NCBI GenBank assembly: GCA_903850915.1
Contig: CAINMV010000010.1
Span: forward strand, 980-64,979
Origin: an uncultured Bacteroidota bacterium
GTDB taxonomy: Bacteria; Bacteroidota; Bacteroidia; UKL13-3
Direction: 5' to 3'
DNA: 64,000 nt
This document shows, in pieces, positions 50,971-62,893 of the stretch. The translations under genes and the position numbers were made by a program. The first letter of the stretch is position 1, and each line of letters starts with the position of its first letter. The notes below the pieces were generated by a model. That model was not told the origin of the DNA. It searched no databases and saw nothing but the letters and a program-made list of their open reading frames with translations.

Positions 50971-53900
50971 ATGTTGAAAAAAATTATCTTTTTATTAATG
51001 CTATTCGCAATCGCCTTTGAAGCGAGTGCCACGCATTTGCTGGGTGGGATAATGACCTACAAATACCTCGGACGAACGGGACCAGGACAAACAAAAGCCA
51101 TCTATTTAATTACGATTACTGTTTATCGTGATTGCCTGAATGGGCAAGCTGATTTTGATGACCCATTAAAATTAGGCATTTATGATCAGAATCAGAATCT
51201 TCTAGCTCCATTCATCAACGTCGACTTAGCTCAGCGGACCAAAGTAAATCCTCCAAACGGCGGCGTGAACTGCAATTTCAGTGCAAATGTTTGCATCGAA
51301 GAAGGAATTTACTATAAACAAGTGGTACTTGATGTGAATCAGGAGTGGCATATATGGTATCAGCGTTGTTGCCGAAATGCCCAAATCAATTTATCCGACG
51401 ACTATGGCCAATCTTATTATTGTAAAATTCCGGCAGCCTCACAATACCAAGATAATTCGCCAGTAATAAACGGTGTGCCTGCTCCCTATTTATGTGTTGG
51501 CGATACCGTGACATATAGCAATGCCGCTACCGATGCAGATGGTGATTCGCTCGTATATAGCCTGCAACAGCCTTGGACTGGAGCCGACAAAATATCGCCT
51601 GCACCAGATCCTCCATCATATATCCCTATTCCACTTCCGTTATCACAATACAAGCCTGGTTATAGCTTCGCCTCCCCTTTCGGTGCTGGAGGTATACTTA
51701 CCATTAACTCTCAAACCGGACTTACCACCTTGCGTGTTCCGACAGTAGGACAGTTCTCATTTGCAGTAGTTGTAAAACAATATCGTAAAATAAATGGCGT
51801 ATGGGTTTACCTCAGTGAGATACGCAGAGATTTGCAGCTGATTGCCATTAATTGCACCCCAAATAAAAAGCCATTAGTCAACGTCACTGGGGTTCCTGAT
51901 GGCAATGGTGGTTATAGCTATTCCGTTGAGGCTGGAGAAAAGCTATGTTTTAATATCGGATATTCTGATCCAGATTTTACCGCAAATGCGCCACAGCGAT
52001 TGATGAAACTAACTGCATTTGGCGACATCTTAAATGGCACCAATGGTTATTTTGGTCCCTTAGCCACATTAACAAAGACAATGTCAACACCGTCGGCGAT
52101 TGCATATGAATTTTGCTGGCAAACATCCTGTATTCCAACATCATTGGCCCGCACTTACCCTTATCCATTCACCGTTACCGTTTCTGACTCAGGATGCCCT
52201 CCAAAATCCGTTTCAACGGATATCAACGTTTATGTTACACCTTATTTGAGTAATATTACCATTGTTGGAAATAATCAACCTTGCGAGAAGAATTCAAATA
52301 CATATGTTGCCTCGAGTAAAAAAGGAGTTAAGTTTAATTGGACTATTATCGGCCCGGGAACAATAATTTCAGGCCAAGGCACAAATACAATTCAGGTGCG
52401 CTGGAACAATGCCGGAGCGGGAAGTATTATTGTAAATGATACTACAGCCTCGGGGTGCGTTGGAGCGCCATTCATCTACCCAGTAACAATTTACCCCACC
52501 CCAATTATTAACTACAGCATCATTGGCGACAGTGTAATTTGCGAAGGGGCAATAAGTAGTTATAAATTAAGTTTCACTCCGCCTTCAGTTTATACATGGA
52601 TTGTAGTTGGCGGAACACAAATTTCGGGAGGAAACACCGGCACAATAGCCGTTAAATGGAATAAAGCGGGTACTGGTAAAATAAGGCTGGTTGAAATAAG
52701 CGCTCATGGCTGCGTTAGTGACACTTTAAATTTCCCAGTTAGGATAACAAAAGTGGTTATCGACAGCATAATGGGTCCTCGATCTGTTTGTCCGAACATT
52801 ACATTTGTCGAATATAAAACCGACTTCATTCAGGGGGCCACATATCAATGGTTTGTAACCGGAGGAACACAGTCAGGTGGCGGAAATAGCAATAAAATAA
52901 CGATCAACTGGGGCGGAGTGGGTACTGGCAAAGTTAAGGTTTTTGTCATTAGCAAAGAAGGGTGTTTAAGTGATACCGTTTACGCAACAGTCATCATTAA
53001 CCATGTTATTCAAGGGTTCACTCCTATAGGCGATACCATAGTTTGTGAGTTTGAACAAAACAAATCATACGAGGTGGTATATACCCGTCGCTCAATATAT
53101 ACTTGGTTTGTAACTGGAGGAACAAATTTAAACGCTGGCACTACGCTACCAAAAATAACCGTTAATTGGGGGGCCGCAGGCATCGGAAAGGTAACTTGTA
53201 TTGAAACTAGTTTTGATAGTATTAACAACCTACCATGCAATGGATTGCCTGCCACATTAAACGTGCGGATAAGTCCAACACCGGCAGCAAATTTAATTCT
53301 AGGAGATAAATTTCTTTGCCAGACTAGCTTGCCAACCACCTATATACTGGCTGGATATAATGGCTCTAGATATACGTGGTGGAAAGACAATGACAGTTCA
53401 AATATTATTGGCCAGGGCACGAAGACTTCTACATTTATTTGGAACACCCCTGGAGTTTTTAAGATATCTGTCTTAGAAATTTCAAAAGACAGTTGTATTG
53501 GCAACCGCATTGACACCTTTGTTACTGTCCATCCAAAGCCAACAACAACAACCATTTCAGGACAAACAACGGTTTGCTTTCCAAATAACACAGGCAAGGC
53601 CTATAGTGTGAAAGGCTTCGCAAATTCTGTTTTCAACTGGAAAGCAACCAATGGAAGAATTGTGAGCGGTGGAAATGGCAATCAAGTAATTGTAGATTGG
53701 GATGATGTTCAAAACGGAGCACTGCAAGTAGTAGAAATTTCAGAGTTTGGCTGTATCGGAGACACACAATATATTGCAGTTTTTGTTGACCATCCGCTTA
53801 TTGTCATTAAATCTGTAGGCGATGAATTTAACAACGAACATAATATTATTTTGCAATGGCGGTTAGTTAATGCACCACGCTACAACAGCAATTTTGAGAT

Positions 53901-54621
53901 TTGGCGTAGAATCGCATTCAGCAATTCACCATTTATTATGGTGGACACCGTTTCAAAAAACGACACTGTGTATGTTCACAAATATCAAAACACCGATGAA
54001 ACAGCATATGAATATTCTGTTCGAATTAAAAACCTCTGCAAAGACAATATTGACGCACCTTACCATCGGAATATACTCCTTTTGGGTGCCAAAGCGAATG
54101 ACGATAAGTATGCCGTGGTTTTAAATTGGAATAAGTACTTTGGATGGAATAATGTAAGACGTTATGAAATTTATAGAAAACTTGGCGAGAATGGAAATTA
54201 TGAATTGTATGAGCTCACCAGCGATACAAGCTCCGATTATAAAAATGGTTTCGATAGCTATTTCCAATGTTATCGTGTTAAAGCCATCGAAAACATCGGA
54301 GGCTTCGATCAGGAGAGTTGGAGTAATGAAGTTTGTTTTGGTTTTGACCCGATCGTTTGGATTCCAAATGCCTTTACACCGGATGGGAATGATTTAAATG
54401 ACTTATATGAGATTTTCACTGCATCAATAAAAGAGTTTCATATTCAAATTTATGACCGATGGGGAGAGAAGCTATTTGAGAGCGACAACCCAAAAGTAAG
54501 TTGGGACGGCACTTACAAAGGTAAAACCTGCCAAATGGATGCATATATTTATATGGTTCAATACAAAGGTTTCGACAACAAACGAGTGATAAAAAGTGGC
54601 ACGGTAACCTTGCTTCGTTAA
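50971..54621 (+). CDS. T9SS type-B CTD (gliding-motility-associated) surface protein with PKD/Ig-like repeats
   Basis: ASATHLLGG N-terminus; about 6 repeats of G...VC...Y.W.V.GG...V.W; IPNAFTPDGNDLND...IYDRWGE...WDG...G.VTLLR. Confidence 0.93.
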   Translation: MLKKIIFLLMLFAIAFEASATHLLGGIMTYKYLGRTGPGQTKAIYLITITVYRDCLNGQADFDDPLKLGIYDQNQNLLAPFINVDLAQRTKVNPPNGGVNCNFSANVCIEEGIYYKQVVLDVNQEWHIWYQRCCRNAQINLSDDYGQSYYCKIPAASQYQDNSPVINGVPAPYLCVGDTVTYSNAATDADGDSLVYSLQQPWTGADKISPAPDPPSYIPIPLPLSQYKPGYSFASPFGAGGILTINSQTGLTTLRVPTVGQFSFAVVVKQYRKINGVWVYLSEIRRDLQLIAINCTPNKKPLVNVTGVPDGNGGYSYSVEAGEKLCFNIGYSDPDFTANAPQRLMKLTAFGDILNGTNGYFGPLATLTKTMSTPSAIAYEFCWQTSCIPTSLARTYPYPFTVTVSDSGCPPKSVSTDINVYVTPYLSNITIVGNNQPCEKNSNTYVASSKKGVKFNWTIIGPGTIISGQGTNTIQVRWNNAGAGSIIVNDTTASGCVGAPFIYPVTIYPTPIINYSIIGDSVICEGAISSYKLSFTPPSVYTWIVVGGTQISGGNTGTIAVKWNKAGTGKIRLVEISAHGCVSDTLNFPVRITKVVIDSIMGPRSVCPNITFVEYKTDFIQGATYQWFVTGGTQSGGGNSNKITINWGGVGTGKVKVFVISKEGCLSDTVYATVIINHVIQGFTPIGDTIVCEFEQNKSYEVVYTRRSIYTWFVTGGTNLNAGTTLPKITVNWGAAGIGKVTCIETSFDSINNLPCNGLPATLNVRISPTPAANLILGDKFLCQTSLPTTYILAGYNGSRYTWWKDNDSSNIIGQGTKTSTFIWNTPGVFKISVLEISKDSCIGNRIDTFVTVHPKPTTTTISGQTTVCFPNNTGKAYSVKGFANSVFNWKATNGRIVSGGNGNQVIVDWDDVQNGALQVVEISEFGCIGDTQYIAVFVDHPLIVIKSVGDEFNNEHNIILQWRLVNAPRYNSNFEIWRRIAFSNSPFIMVDTVSKNDTVYVHKYQNTDETAYEYSVRIKNLCKDNIDAPYHRNILLLGAKANDDKYAVVLNWNKYFGWNNVRRYEIYRKLGENGNYELYELTSDTSSDYKNGFDSYFQCYRVKAIENIGGFDQESWSNEVCFGFDPIVWIPNAFTPDGNDLNDLYEIFTASIKEFHIQIYDRWGEKLFESDNPKVSWDGTYKGKTCQMDAYIYMVQYKGFDNKRVIKSGTVTLLR

Positions 54622-54684
54622 TTGACGTTTTACTTGCTTGTTTTTCAAATTTATTTATTGAATGGATGCATGTATCTTTGCGCT

Positions 54685-55479
54685 ATGCAGTATACAGGAA
54701 GCATAGAAAAGATGGAAACACAATTAGCCAAAGAGGTGCTATATTGGTTGCCATTAGGCGATGAACGCGTGCTAATGAATGAATTTATTGGTGAGCCAAT
54801 TTCTCTTCGTTATGAAAACCAAATTAATTGTATCGTTTGCGGAAGAACAACGGTAAAATCATTTGCACAGGGATTATGCTACCCTTGTTTCTCAAAAAGC
54901 CCTGAGAATGCCGAATGTATTATTCGCCCCGAACTTTGCAGAGGACACCTCGGTGAAGGAAGAGACCCTGCTTGGGAATTAGCACATCATGTAAAACCAC
55001 ATTTTGTTTACCTTGCCGCAAGTAGCGATATAAAAGTTGGCGTTACACGCGACACTCAAGTTCCAATTCGATGGATAGATCAAGGTGCTGATGCAGCCAT
55101 ATTATTCGCAAATACACCCAATCGCTATTTAGCCGGCGCTATAGAAGTATTATTAAAAAACTTCCTTACCGACAAAACTGATTGGAGGAAAATGTTAAAA
55201 GGAGAAAGAACAACCAAGAACCTTTTAGAAATTAAAGAATCCTTGCGGTCGCACTTAGGTGAAGCATTTTCGATGTATTACACCGAAGATAATACGATTA
55301 CAAACATGATTTACCCAGTGCTTAATTTTCCTGAAAAAGTGACTAGCATTGGATTTGAAAAAACACCTGAAATAAGTGGTGTTTTAAACGGCATTAAAGG
55401 GCAATATTTAATTTTTGATGACAACAATGTGATGAATATACGAGCCCACGGAGGTTATAATATAACATTAGAAGTCTAA
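54685..55479 (+). CDS. DUF2797 protein
   Basis: CIVCG...QGLCYPC, KVGVTR..Q...RWIDQGA, GIKGQY; ATG 54685 preferred as start. Confidence 0.9.
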   Translation: MQYTGSIEKMETQLAKEVLYWLPLGDERVLMNEFIGEPISLRYENQINCIVCGRTTVKSFAQGLCYPCFSKSPENAECIIRPELCRGHLGEGRDPAWELAHHVKPHFVYLAASSDIKVGVTRDTQVPIRWIDQGADAAILFANTPNRYLAGAIEVLLKNFLTDKTDWRKMLKGERTTKNLLEIKESLRSHLGEAFSMYYTEDNTITNMIYPVLNFPEKVTSIGFEKTPEISGVLNGIKGQYLIFDDNNVMNIRAHGGYNITLEV

Positions 55480-55495
55480 TATATACTTTCTGGAA

Positions 55496-56494
55496 ATGAA
55501 AATCTTGATTATACGTTTTAGCTCTATCGGAGACATTGTACTAACAACGCCAATAATTCGTTGCCTTCGAAAAGCATATCCAGAGTCTCAAATACATTAC
55601 TTAACAAAGTACAATTTTAGAAGTAGCATTGCCAACAACCCATACATCAACTTTTACCATCTTCACAAAAACGACATAAATAAAACGATAGCTGAATTAA
55701 AAAAAGAGGATTTTGATTATGTAATAGACTTACATCACAACTTTAGAAGTGCAATTGTAAAACTGCGTTTAGGAGTAAAAAGCTATTCTTTCCCAAAGTT
55801 AAATTTCGAAAAATGGCTTTTAGTGAAATTTAAAATCAATAGATTGCCTTCGATACATATTGTAGATCGATTTTTTCAAACCGTTGCACCACTAGGTGTG
55901 AAAAATGATGGCCAAGGACTAGATTTTTTTATCCCAGATGTAGATGTCGTTTCCCCAGCGATATATGGAACACAATTTAGTAGTGGATATGTAGCGTTAG
56001 TTTTGGGAGGCACCTTTGACACTAAAAAGCTACCTATACAGAAAGTAATTCAATTATGCCTTCAAATTAGTCATCCTATAATTTTACTTGGAGGCAGAGC
56101 GGAATTGGAAAGCGCGGAAGTCATTGTTAAAAATCTCGGTCATAACAAAGTATATTGCGCGGTTAACAAACTTACCATTGCTCAATCTGCTTCATTAATA
56201 AAACAAGCAAATGTTGTTATCACAAACGATACAGGGATGATGCATATTGCAGCCGCTTTTAAAAAGAGAATAATTTCGGTTTGGGGTAACACACTTCCAG
56301 AATTTGGCATGACCCCTTATTATGGCAACAAAGAACTTGAATTACAAAGATCCACAATGGTAGAAGTACGAAATCTATCTTGCAGGCCATGTAGTAAGTT
56401 GGGGTATAGCAGTTGCCCACAAAAACACTTTCGATGCATGAATGAGATTAGCGAATCGACAATACTAGATGCTGTAAACCTAGCTAAGTTTTAA
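55496..56494 (+). CDS. Glycosyltransferase family 9 (heptosyltransferase-like)
   Basis: RFSSIGDIVL, NDTGMMHIAAA, CRPCSKLG. Confidence 0.93.
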   Translation: MKILIIRFSSIGDIVLTTPIIRCLRKAYPESQIHYLTKYNFRSSIANNPYINFYHLHKNDINKTIAELKKEDFDYVIDLHHNFRSAIVKLRLGVKSYSFPKLNFEKWLLVKFKINRLPSIHIVDRFFQTVAPLGVKNDGQGLDFFIPDVDVVSPAIYGTQFSSGYVALVLGGTFDTKKLPIQKVIQLCLQISHPIILLGGRAELESAEVIVKNLGHNKVYCAVNKLTIAQSASLIKQANVVITNDTGMMHIAAAFKKRIISVWGNTLPEFGMTPYYGNKELELQRSTMVEVRNLSCRPCSKLGYSSCPQKHFRCMNEISESTILDAVNLAKF

Positions 56495-56507
56495 AAAAAC
56501 AGGGTGA

Positions 56508-57821
56508 CTATCGTTTCTTTTCTTTAAAAAGGATATCGTATTTGGCAAGCTCCTCTAGCATTGGCAAATAAAACGAAGATTGTGTTGGAATTGCAACACC
56601 TTTCTCTTTTATTTTTTTACTTAAGATTAATTTAGCCGCAATACCAAGAGGCAATCCTACTGTTTTTGACATAGCAGTATATACTTCTGTTTCCCCTTCA
56701 ATTTGCAAAGTTGAAGTAACCTGATGCATTTTATTTTTCAGTTTGTAACTTATCAAATGTTGCATTAAGATCATATCTAGATCGCCTTTTTCAAGCTTCC
56801 ACTTGCGCTCTAGCAAATGCTGCAAGGCATCTGCCGGCGAGGCATCACGAAGCGATATTTTATTTTGCTCCAACAAACCCAACCATGCGATCTTATTTAT
56901 TACAGATGGATTATTGGTAAATTGCTCTAGCTTTTTCTTAATCGATTTGTTATTTGATGGCATTAGCGCTTCAAGCAAATCCGCATAGGTGATTTTTGAA
57001 GAGTTTAATTTATAGCTATCGTCGGTAACTCCTATTTTCACCAGTACATCCCAAGCTTCACAGAAACCGCTTTTGCGCAATGTGCCTCTTAACATAGTTT
57101 GTACACTATGTAAATTATAGCTATTTATATAGGAAAGCGAATCACGATTTGCATAGCCATCGTAAAGCACTCCATTAATTTTTATTTTTTCAATTTGATT
57201 AAAAATACGTTGTGGAGGAATAAATTGCAGTTTGCCGTCTTCTAAATAACGTGCCGTTTGATTTCCGGCTAACACTATATTACGAGGATTCCACGTAATT
57301 TTATAATTCCAAGGATTGTTATCATATTCGTTTGCAATTAAACCTCCACAGTAAGACTTAAATGAAAAAACAGAACCTTTTTGCCCATGAATATCATCAA
57401 TAATTTTCTTAGCACTCATGTGATCAATGCCGGGATCGAGACCACACTCGTTTAAGAATAAAACACCTGCACGCTCAGCCGCCTTATGAAGCGCTTTCAT
57501 CTCTTCGGTAAGGTATGATGCCGTAACCAAGTGCTTTCTATTTAGCAAGCAAATTTTAGCTACCTCAGCATGCATCGAAGGAGGAAGTAAGGAGATTACC
57601 AAATCGTTCATGCTCACTAATTTTGTTAGTGCATTTAGATTGTTGGCATCAAGCCAAGTGGCTTGAGCAAAATTATTCCTTCCAATTTTTTTTTGAGCCG
57701 CCCGAATATCGCTATCCGCAATAGTAATTTGCCATTCAAAGGCAATAGCCTGTTCGGTTAAATATTTTATTAAATAGGATGACGATTTGCCTGCACCTAA
57801 AACAAGAATCTTTTTTCGCAT
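56508..57821 (-). CDS. Saccharopine dehydrogenase family protein
   Basis: LGAGKS, ECGLDPGIDHM, SYCGG, TAMSKTVGLP; ATG 57821 preferred as start. Confidence 0.92.
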   Translation of the reverse strand: MRKKILVLGAGKSSSYLIKYLTEQAIAFEWQITIADSDIRAAQKKIGRNNFAQATWLDANNLNALTKLVSMNDLVISLLPPSMHAEVAKICLLNRKHLVTASYLTEEMKALHKAAERAGVLFLNECGLDPGIDHMSAKKIIDDIHGQKGSVFSFKSYCGGLIANEYDNNPWNYKITWNPRNIVLAGNQTARYLEDGKLQFIPPQRIFNQIEKIKINGVLYDGYANRDSLSYINSYNLHSVQTMLRGTLRKSGFCEAWDVLVKIGVTDDSYKLNSSKITYADLLEALMPSNNKSIKKKLEQFTNNPSVINKIAWLGLLEQNKISLRDASPADALQHLLERKWKLEKGDLDMILMQHLISYKLKNKMHQVTSTLQIEGETEVYTAMSKTVGLPLGIAAKLILSKKIKEKGVAIPTQSSFYLPMLEELAKYDILFKEKKR

Positions 57822-57997
57822 AATAAAATCAGTTACGCAAAAATACATTTTAGATAACATATTTCTTGTAGTTTATTCAAAACAGATGCTATCGTTTTCA
57901 GACAACAATTACTTCTCATCCCACTTAAAAAAGAAGAAGAAATTTGACAACTCGCAAGAAGTTTTATTCACCTTATAAATTAAGAATTTACACGAAT

Positions 57998-58693
57998 TTA
58001 CAATTGACCTTCGTCAGCAAAGCTATAGAAACCATGATCGGTGAATATCAAATGATCGAGCACTGAGATGCCGAAGAGCTTGCATGCCTCATTAATCTTC
58101 TTTGTGATATCGATATCTTGCGCACTTGGATTGAGGTTGCCTGATGGATGATTGTGCGCCAGCACCATTGATGAAGCTTCTGCATCAACAGCTTCCTTCA
58201 TTATTTTAATTACATCTACCACAGTGCCGTGCAATCCGCCAATACTGATTCTTTCTTTCCGGATTACAGATAAATTTCTTCTTAAAAGAATAATCCAAAA
58301 TTCTTCATGCCTAAGGTTCTCGAATTCGGGATTAAAGTAGTCGTAGATCTCTTTCGGCTTGGTAAGGCGAGCATTTACGGCGGATTCGAAGGAGCGTCGT
58401 CGTCGGCCTAATTCCATTGCCGCAGAGATAGAAACGGCCTTTGCTGGACCAATTCCTTTAACACGCATTAATTCTTTTTCGCTGAGCCGGCCTAAAGCCA
58501 CGATATCGTTGTTGACAAGAAGCAATACTTCTTTACAGAGCTCGACGGCTGACTTATTTCGAGTACCGTTGCCAATAAGTAACGCTAGCAATTCGGCATT
58601 GCTTAAAGCCCCCTTTCCTTTTGAGAGCATTTTCTCTCGCGGACGATCATCATTAGCCCATTGGCTTATAGATACATGTTTGTTTACATCCAT
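57998..58693 (-). CDS. radC: RadC/JAB-domain protein
   Basis: DRPREKM, HhH GIGPAKA, HNHPSG...S..D...DH. Confidence 0.95.
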   Translation of the reverse strand: MDVNKHVSISQWANDDRPREKMLSKGKGALSNAELLALLIGNGTRNKSAVELCKEVLLLVNNDIVALGRLSEKELMRVKGIGPAKAVSISAAMELGRRRRSFESAVNARLTKPKEIYDYFNPEFENLRHEEFWIILLRRNLSVIRKERISIGGLHGTVVDVIKIMKEAVDAEASSMVLAHNHPSGNLNPSAQDIDITKKINEACKLFGISVLDHLIFTDHGFYSFADEGQL

Positions 58694-58919
58694 AACACTG
58701 TTTTAATTTAAAAAGTTTTTATTTATTAAGAACAATAGTAGTAATTAATTCACTAAAATAAAAATCAATTACTTATTGAAAACATGAGATCAGAAAAAAC
58801 ACTCCAATTACAGGAGAAGCAAATTAATTTAGCGCAAAGAAAAAAATGCAAGAAATGAAAGTGGCCCTTCAAACAAAAAAATTAGCGATAAGCTTAAGAT
58901 TCCTTGAATATCTAATATC

Positions 58920-59900
58920 CTACTTGTCGTGAAATTTAGGTTGTTTAAACCATTCTTCTTGAGGCAAGTTTTTGAAATAATCGTATGTCTTCTCTAATCC
59001 TTCACTTCGGCTTACTTTGGGTTCCCAGCCTAATATTTCTCGAGCTCTACTGATATCTGGTTTACGTTGCTTAGGATCGTCAACTGGCAATGGCTTATAA
59101 ACTATTTTCTGGGTGGTGCCTGTTAGCTTTATTACTTCATCAGCGAAATCTTTCAGGCTAATCTCATCTGGATTTCCAATATTAACCGGATATGCATAAT
59201 CACTAAGAAGTAAGCGATATATACCTTCGATTAAATCGTCGACATAGCAGAAAGAACGCGTTTGAGAACCGTCTCCGAAGACCGTTAAATCCTCGCCTCT
59301 TAAGGCCTGACCAATAAATGCAGGCAATGCTCTTCCGTCGTTCAGTCGCATACGTGGACCATACGTGTTAAAGATTCGAACGATGCGTGTTTCAAGATGA
59401 TGATACGTGTGATATGCCATCGTAATTGCCTCTTGGAAGCGTTTGGCCTCATCATAAACGCCGCGCGGACCAATCGGATTAACATTACCCCAATAGTCTT
59501 CACTTTGTGGATGAACCATTGGATCACCATACACTTCACTAGTAGAAGCAATCAGTAAACGAGCATTCTTTGCCTTTGCTAAACCAAGGCAATTATGAAT
59601 TCCTAAACTTCCAACTTTTAATGTTTGGATAGGAATCTTCAAATAATCGATTGGCGAGGCTGGCGAAGCAAAATGCAAGATATAGTGCAGTTCTCCTGGT
59701 ATGTGCACAAATTTACTTACATCGTGATGGTAGAATTCAAAATCAGGAAGGTGAAATAAATGCTCAATGTTTTTCAAATCGCCGGTAATTAAATTATCCA
59801 TTGCAATAACGTGAAACCCTTCTTTGATGAATCTATCACATAGGTGAGAACCTAAAAATCCGGCGCCTCCGGTAATTAATACCTTTTTTTTTGTTTGCAT
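58920..59900 (-). CDS. UDP-glucuronate decarboxylase (UDP-xylose synthase) family
   Basis: [30 protein letters not shown]. Confidence 0.93.
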   Translation of the reverse strand: MQTKKKVLITGGAGFLGSHLCDRFIKEGFHVIAMDNLITGDLKNIEHLFHLPDFEFYHHDVSKFVHIPGELHYILHFASPASPIDYLKIPIQTLKVGSLGIHNCLGLAKAKNARLLIASTSEVYGDPMVHPQSEDYWGNVNPIGPRGVYDEAKRFQEAITMAYHTYHHLETRIVRIFNTYGPRMRLNDGRALPAFIGQALRGEDLTVFGDGSQTRSFCYVDDLIEGIYRLLLSDYAYPVNIGNPDEISLKDFADEVIKLTGTTQKIVYKPLPVDDPKQRKPDISRAREILGWEPKVSRSEGLEKTYDYFKNLPQEEWFKQPKFHDK

Positions 59901-60266
59901 ATTTAAATGGTGATACTTACTGCAAAACTACACTTAATAGTGCATTCATTAATACTATAGTGGCACGAATATTTACTTAAACGTTTAAATAGCATACAAA
60001 CACATTGGGCAAGGAAATAGATCGAGCGATAACAGACCTTTATTTTTTGTGGTTTTTCTAAAAAAGGATCAATTCATCTAACCAAACTTGGCGTTCTTAA
60101 ACTCAACAGCGCATTTGGTTTTAGTCAATCAAGATTTCGTGAAATTTGAAGGTGTTAAACATAACCTAAACACGCCTTAAGCCATTTAGAAATTCACCGT
60201 CCCAAATTAGAAATAGAATTTACGCATTTCGAGGATGAGTGTTAGCAGGAAACTACAACAATTTGA

Positions 60267-61145
60267 TTACGCCCTTTTAGATAGCAATTGTGCAACTGTT
60301 TCTCCAAGTACCGCTGGGGATTCACAAACTGTGATTCCACATTCACGCATGATTTGCATTTTGGCGGCGGCTGTATCTTCAGCACCACCAACAATTGCGC
60401 CTGCGTGTCCCATACGACGTCCTGGAGGCGCAGTTTGCCCTGCTATAAAACCAACAACCGGCTTTTTATTATTCTCTTTAATCCAGCGGGCTGCTTCAGC
60501 TTCCATGCCACCACCAATTTCTCCAATCATAATGATTGCGTCGGTTTCTGGATCATTCATAAATAACTCTACCGCCTCTTTGGTTGTAGTGCCAATAATT
60601 GGGTCACCACCTATACCAATTGCCGTGGATATACCTAAACCAGCTTTCACCACCTGATCGGCCGCTTCATAAGTTAAAGTCCCAGATTTTGAAACGATAC
60701 CGATACGGCCTTTCTTAAAAATAAATCCTGGCATAATACCAACTTTGCATTCATCACTAGTAATTACTCCTGGGCAATTGGGCCCTATTAGTCTGGTGTT
60801 TTTCCCTTGTAAATATTCTTTCGCTTTCACCATATCTTGCACTGGAATACCTTCGGTGATGCATACGACAAGAGCTATTCCGGCATCGGCAGCTTCCATA
60901 ATTGCATCGGCAGCGAACATAGGAGGCACAAAAATAATACTAACGTTAGCACCTGTGGTTTTAACGGCGTCGGCCACGGTATTAAAAACCGGCTTGTTAA
61001 GATGTAATTGCCCTCCTTTTCCTGGAGTTACACCACCAACTAGGTCGGTACCGTATTCTAACATTTGAGTTGCATGAAAGGTGCCTTCTGTACCTGTGAA
61101 ACCTTGAACTAGAACCTTCGATGATTTATTGACTAAAACTGACAT
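60267..61145 (-). CDS. sucD: Succinyl-CoA synthetase alpha subunit
   Basis: [23 protein letters not shown]. Confidence 0.98.
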   Translation of the reverse strand: MSVLVNKSSKVLVQGFTGTEGTFHATQMLEYGTDLVGGVTPGKGGQLHLNKPVFNTVADAVKTTGANVSIIFVPPMFAADAIMEAADAGIALVVCITEGIPVQDMVKAKEYLQGKNTRLIGPNCPGVITSDECKVGIMPGFIFKKGRIGIVSKSGTLTYEAADQVVKAGLGISTAIGIGGDPIIGTTTKEAVELFMNDPETDAIIMIGEIGGGMEAEAARWIKENNKKPVVGFIAGQTAPPGRRMGHAGAIVGGAEDTAAAKMQIMRECGITVCESPAVLGETVAQLLSKRA

Positions 61146-61257
61146 AGCGTTAAGTATAATTTGGCGCGAAAATACAATAATTTTGTTAAAAAAATTTGGA
61201 ATAGATGACCAAACTAGGATGACATTGGATATACTTTTGAATTCTAAATGTTGTTTA

Positions 61258-62751
61258 TTACGCTATTTTCTCTTTCTTGAAAAAACTCCATTCAAAACTT
61301 TCTTCAAACGTAAAAAAGACGACATAACCAAAGCCAAAAAACAACATTAAATGAAAAGGGAATAAACCATAATCTTTCAGCTTCCATGCTAAGTATAAGG
61401 CATATCCAAAATAGGCCACAGCACCCAACTCTAATATAGTTATTGGCTTTACCTTTATTTTAACATATTTGTTGTTTTGCCAATTCCGGCTACCTTTCAT
61501 TAGGTGGAATTTCGGAGTGCGCACAAAGGCGGATTTAAACCCAATGATTCCCGACATAAAGGCGAGTGAATTATGCAAACTCATGCCCATGGCAGTACTT
61601 AAAAAAAGTATAAAGTCAACAAAAAACTCCAACGCATTTACCTCTCGATGCAGGCTTTGACGTTTATTACTAATCCAATAGAATAATCCTAAGATAAAGA
61701 AACCGATTACACAAACATTAGCAAGCTCAAAAAACCACTTCAACTCCGGGTGTTTTGCTTTTACATAAAGTAGTGGTACACTTAAAATTGCGGTGCTAAT
61801 AACACAAACAAAATTAAAGTTTCCGAGAAGATGAAACGTTGCATGTATTTTATGAGTCAGTGATATTTTGGATGCATATACTTTTCCAAGTATTTTTTTG
61901 GTGGTTTCGGCACTCCCTTTATTCCATCTATATTGTTGGCTTTTCCACGCATCCATTGTTACAGGCAATTCACTAGGACTTGCGACCTCTTCGAGATAAA
62001 TAAACTTCCATCCTTTTAGCTGTGCGCGAAAACTAAGGTCCATGTCCTCGGTAATTGTATCACTTTGCCAGCCTCCTGCATCCTCAATACAGCTTTTACG
62101 CCAGATTCCGCTTGTGCCATTGAAGTTCATAAAATACCCCCCACTATTGCGCCCTGTTTGCTCCACTGTAAAATGGGCATCTAATCCAAAAGCCTGCGAC
62201 TTTGTTAATCGAGAATAATTACGATTTATATGATCCCAACGTGTTTGAATCATACCTATATTCTCATTATCGAACTGCTGCAATGTGCGACTTAAAAAAT
62301 TGGGTTCCGGTAAGAAGTCAGCATCAAATATTGCAATAAATTCTCCTTTACAAAACTGCATACCATATTTTAAGGCACCTGCCTTATAGCCTTCCCTAGA
62401 ATCGCGACGAACATGAACGATATCGATGCCTCTTTTTTTAATTTCGTCCACCTTTTTAGCAATCAAGGCAACAGTCTCATCGGTACTATCGTCGAGCACC
62501 TGAATTTCCAGACGATCCGATGGGTAATCCAATTTAGAACAATCTTCTAGCAAGTCTTCCACCACATACAACTCATTATAAATAGGAAGCTGTATTGTTA
62601 CATAAGGAAATTTCGTTAGCGCTACTGGCTCTTTATATTTTTTTTCACGATGTGATTTAAGATAGTGGTAAATTAGGTTTGCCTGAATAAAAGCAAAACA
62701 CAATATAAATACCATTAATACGGAATAAATAACAATGATTGTATAGATCAT
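61258..62751 (-). CDS. GT2 cellulose-synthase-like (CslA-type) membrane glycosyltransferase
   Basis: [30 protein letters not shown]-terminal TM helices. Confidence 0.9.
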   Translation of the reverse strand: MIYTIIVIYSVLMVFILCFAFIQANLIYHYLKSHREKKYKEPVALTKFPYVTIQLPIYNELYVVEDLLEDCSKLDYPSDRLEIQVLDDSTDETVALIAKKVDEIKKRGIDIVHVRRDSREGYKAGALKYGMQFCKGEFIAIFDADFLPEPNFLSRTLQQFDNENIGMIQTRWDHINRNYSRLTKSQAFGLDAHFTVEQTGRNSGGYFMNFNGTSGIWRKSCIEDAGGWQSDTITEDMDLSFRAQLKGWKFIYLEEVASPSELPVTMDAWKSQQYRWNKGSAETTKKILGKVYASKISLTHKIHATFHLLGNFNFVCVISTAILSVPLLYVKAKHPELKWFFELANVCVIGFFILGLFYWISNKRQSLHREVNALEFFVDFILFLSTAMGMSLHNSLAFMSGIIGFKSAFVRTPKFHLMKGSRNWQNNKYVKIKVKPITILELGAVAYFGYALYLAWKLKDYGLFPFHLMLFFGFGYVVFFTFEESFEWSFFKKEKIA

Positions 62752-62893
62752 AGATTGGTCGGGAAAGTGAGCAAAGGTAAGGAATTGACTTTTGAAAGTG
62801 ATGAGACTTCTTTATTTGCACATTAAACACTAAAATTATCTTATTGCCATTATTCAGGACCCCTTAAAACTATATGTTATTAACCGTGGTTTA

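Noticed and set aside
57998..58693. radC as a marker of a mobile element
   Set aside because: Full-length chromosomal type with HhH, flanked by housekeeping genes; no integrase or att sites seen.
60235..61068. Plus-strand ORFs of 140, 92 and 107 aa (similar ones lie opposite tuf, nadK, radC and the peptidase)
   Set aside because: Antisense shadows of conserved genes.
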